Shown in pieces: positions 63,133 through 64,000 of a DNA stretch of 64,000 nucleotides. A program made the translations under genes and the position numbers. Origin of the DNA: the human T2T-CHM13v2.0 reference genome, Homo sapiens; assembly GCF_009914755.1 (NCBI RefSeq), contig NC_060945.1. One strand, written 5' to 3'. Each line of letters begins with the position of its first letter. Position 1 is the stretch's first letter. The notes below the pieces were generated by a model. It was not told the DNA's origin and did not search any database. It saw only the letters and a list, made by a program, of their open reading frames with translations.

Positions 63133-64000
63133 TGTACATAAAATATGAAAGTTCATCAAATATAGATTATATACTGTACATATAATATCAATGTACCCCA
63201 AATATATATTTTGTACTCTACATGAAATATCAAAGTTCACAAACCATATATTATATACTGTACATAAAATATCAAAGTACCCAAGGTATATATTCTACAC
63301 TGTACAAAAAATATCAAAGTACCCAAAGCATGTATTATATACTGTACATAAAATATGAAAGTACATCAAATATATATTTTATTCTGTACATAAAATATCA
63401 ATGTACACCAGATATATATTCTATAGTGTACATAAAATATCAAAGTACCCAAACTATACATTATATACTGTACATAAAATATGAAATTACATCAAATATA
63501 TATTATATTAGGTACATAAAATATGAAAGTACATCAAATATAGATTATATACAGTACATTAAATACCAAAGTACCCCAAATATATATTTTATACTGTACA
63601 TGAAATATCGAAGTTCACAAACTATATATTATATACTGTATATAAAATATCAAAGTTCCCAAGGTATATATTCTATACTGTAGAAAAAATATCAAAGTAC
63701 CCAAAGCATGTATTATATACTGTATATAAAATATGAAATTACATCAAATATATATTTTATTCTGTACATAAAATATCAAAGTATACCAGATATATATTCT
63801 ATAGTGTACATAAAATATCAAAGTACCCAAACTATACATTATATACTGTACATAAAATATGAAATTACATCAAATATATATTAGGTACATAAAATATGAA
63901 AGTACATCAAATATAGATTATATACTGTACATGAAATACCAAAGTAACCCAAATATATATTATATACTGTACATGAAATATCAAAGTTCACAAACTATAT

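Larger units (their letters stand above)
1..64000 (+). repeat. HSat1A (classical satellite I / SAR) tandem array; 42-bp monomer organised as a 9-mer HOR of 378/373 bp
   Basis: Continuous repetition of GTACATAAAATAT(C/G)AAA (17 bp) plus a GTAC(A/C)(C/T)CAAATATA(G/T)ATT(A/T)TATACT-like subunit (25 bp), which matches the known 17+25 bp satellite I structure. Highly AT-rich, CpG absent from the consensus, same orientation throughout. The ORF track shows 14-aa and 126-aa periodicity. Confidence 0.96.

Noticed and set aside
274-63683. More than 100 Tyr/Ile/Lys-rich ORFs up to 362 aa (e.g. 49211-50299, 56532-57620, 4565-5497)
   Set aside because: The 42-bp monomer is a multiple of 3 and one consensus frame happens to lack stops. 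ORFs are broken freely by the 5-bp deletion and by nonsense variants, with no sign of selection or gene context. Incidental translation of satellite RNA cannot be excluded without ribosome profiling.
1-64000. CRISPR-like alternation of a conserved 17-bp part and a more variable 25-bp part
   Set aside because: The variable parts are homologous to each other and cycle every nine monomers. There are no unique spacers, leader or cas genes.
1-64000. TATA-like, homeodomain-like (CATAAAA) and TGTACA steroid-receptor half-site motifs
   Set aside because: Expected in such AT-rich repetitive DNA. There are no properly spaced full elements or promoter context.

Overview
The whole window is one uninterrupted, single-orientation array of an AT-rich satellite matching classical human satellite 1A (HSat1A / satellite I / SAR), so it is most likely human or great-ape pericentromeric or acrocentric heterochromatin. 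The chromosome cannot be determined from the sequence alone. The monomer is 42 bp, made of alternating 17-bp and 25-bp GTAC-delimited subunits. Nine diverged monomers form a 378-bp higher-order repeat (HOR), interleaved with a 373-bp variant, for about 170 HOR units in total. I see no genes, RNA genes, CRISPR arrays or transposon insertions; the listed ORFs are translations of the repeat. The structure of interest lies above the HOR: tandem duplications with periods of about 4.1, 4.87, 3.75/4.5 and 7.32 kb; an older divergent block at about 27.3-31.3 kb entered through an out-of-register junction; whole-monomer deletions; and a possible 35-40 kb A-B-C-A'-B' macro-organisation. The most notable functional idea, which is untested, is that the + strand carries an extremely dense, strand-specific set of perfect Pumilio elements (TGTACATA). 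All alignments and offsets were read by eye, so boundaries are approximate.
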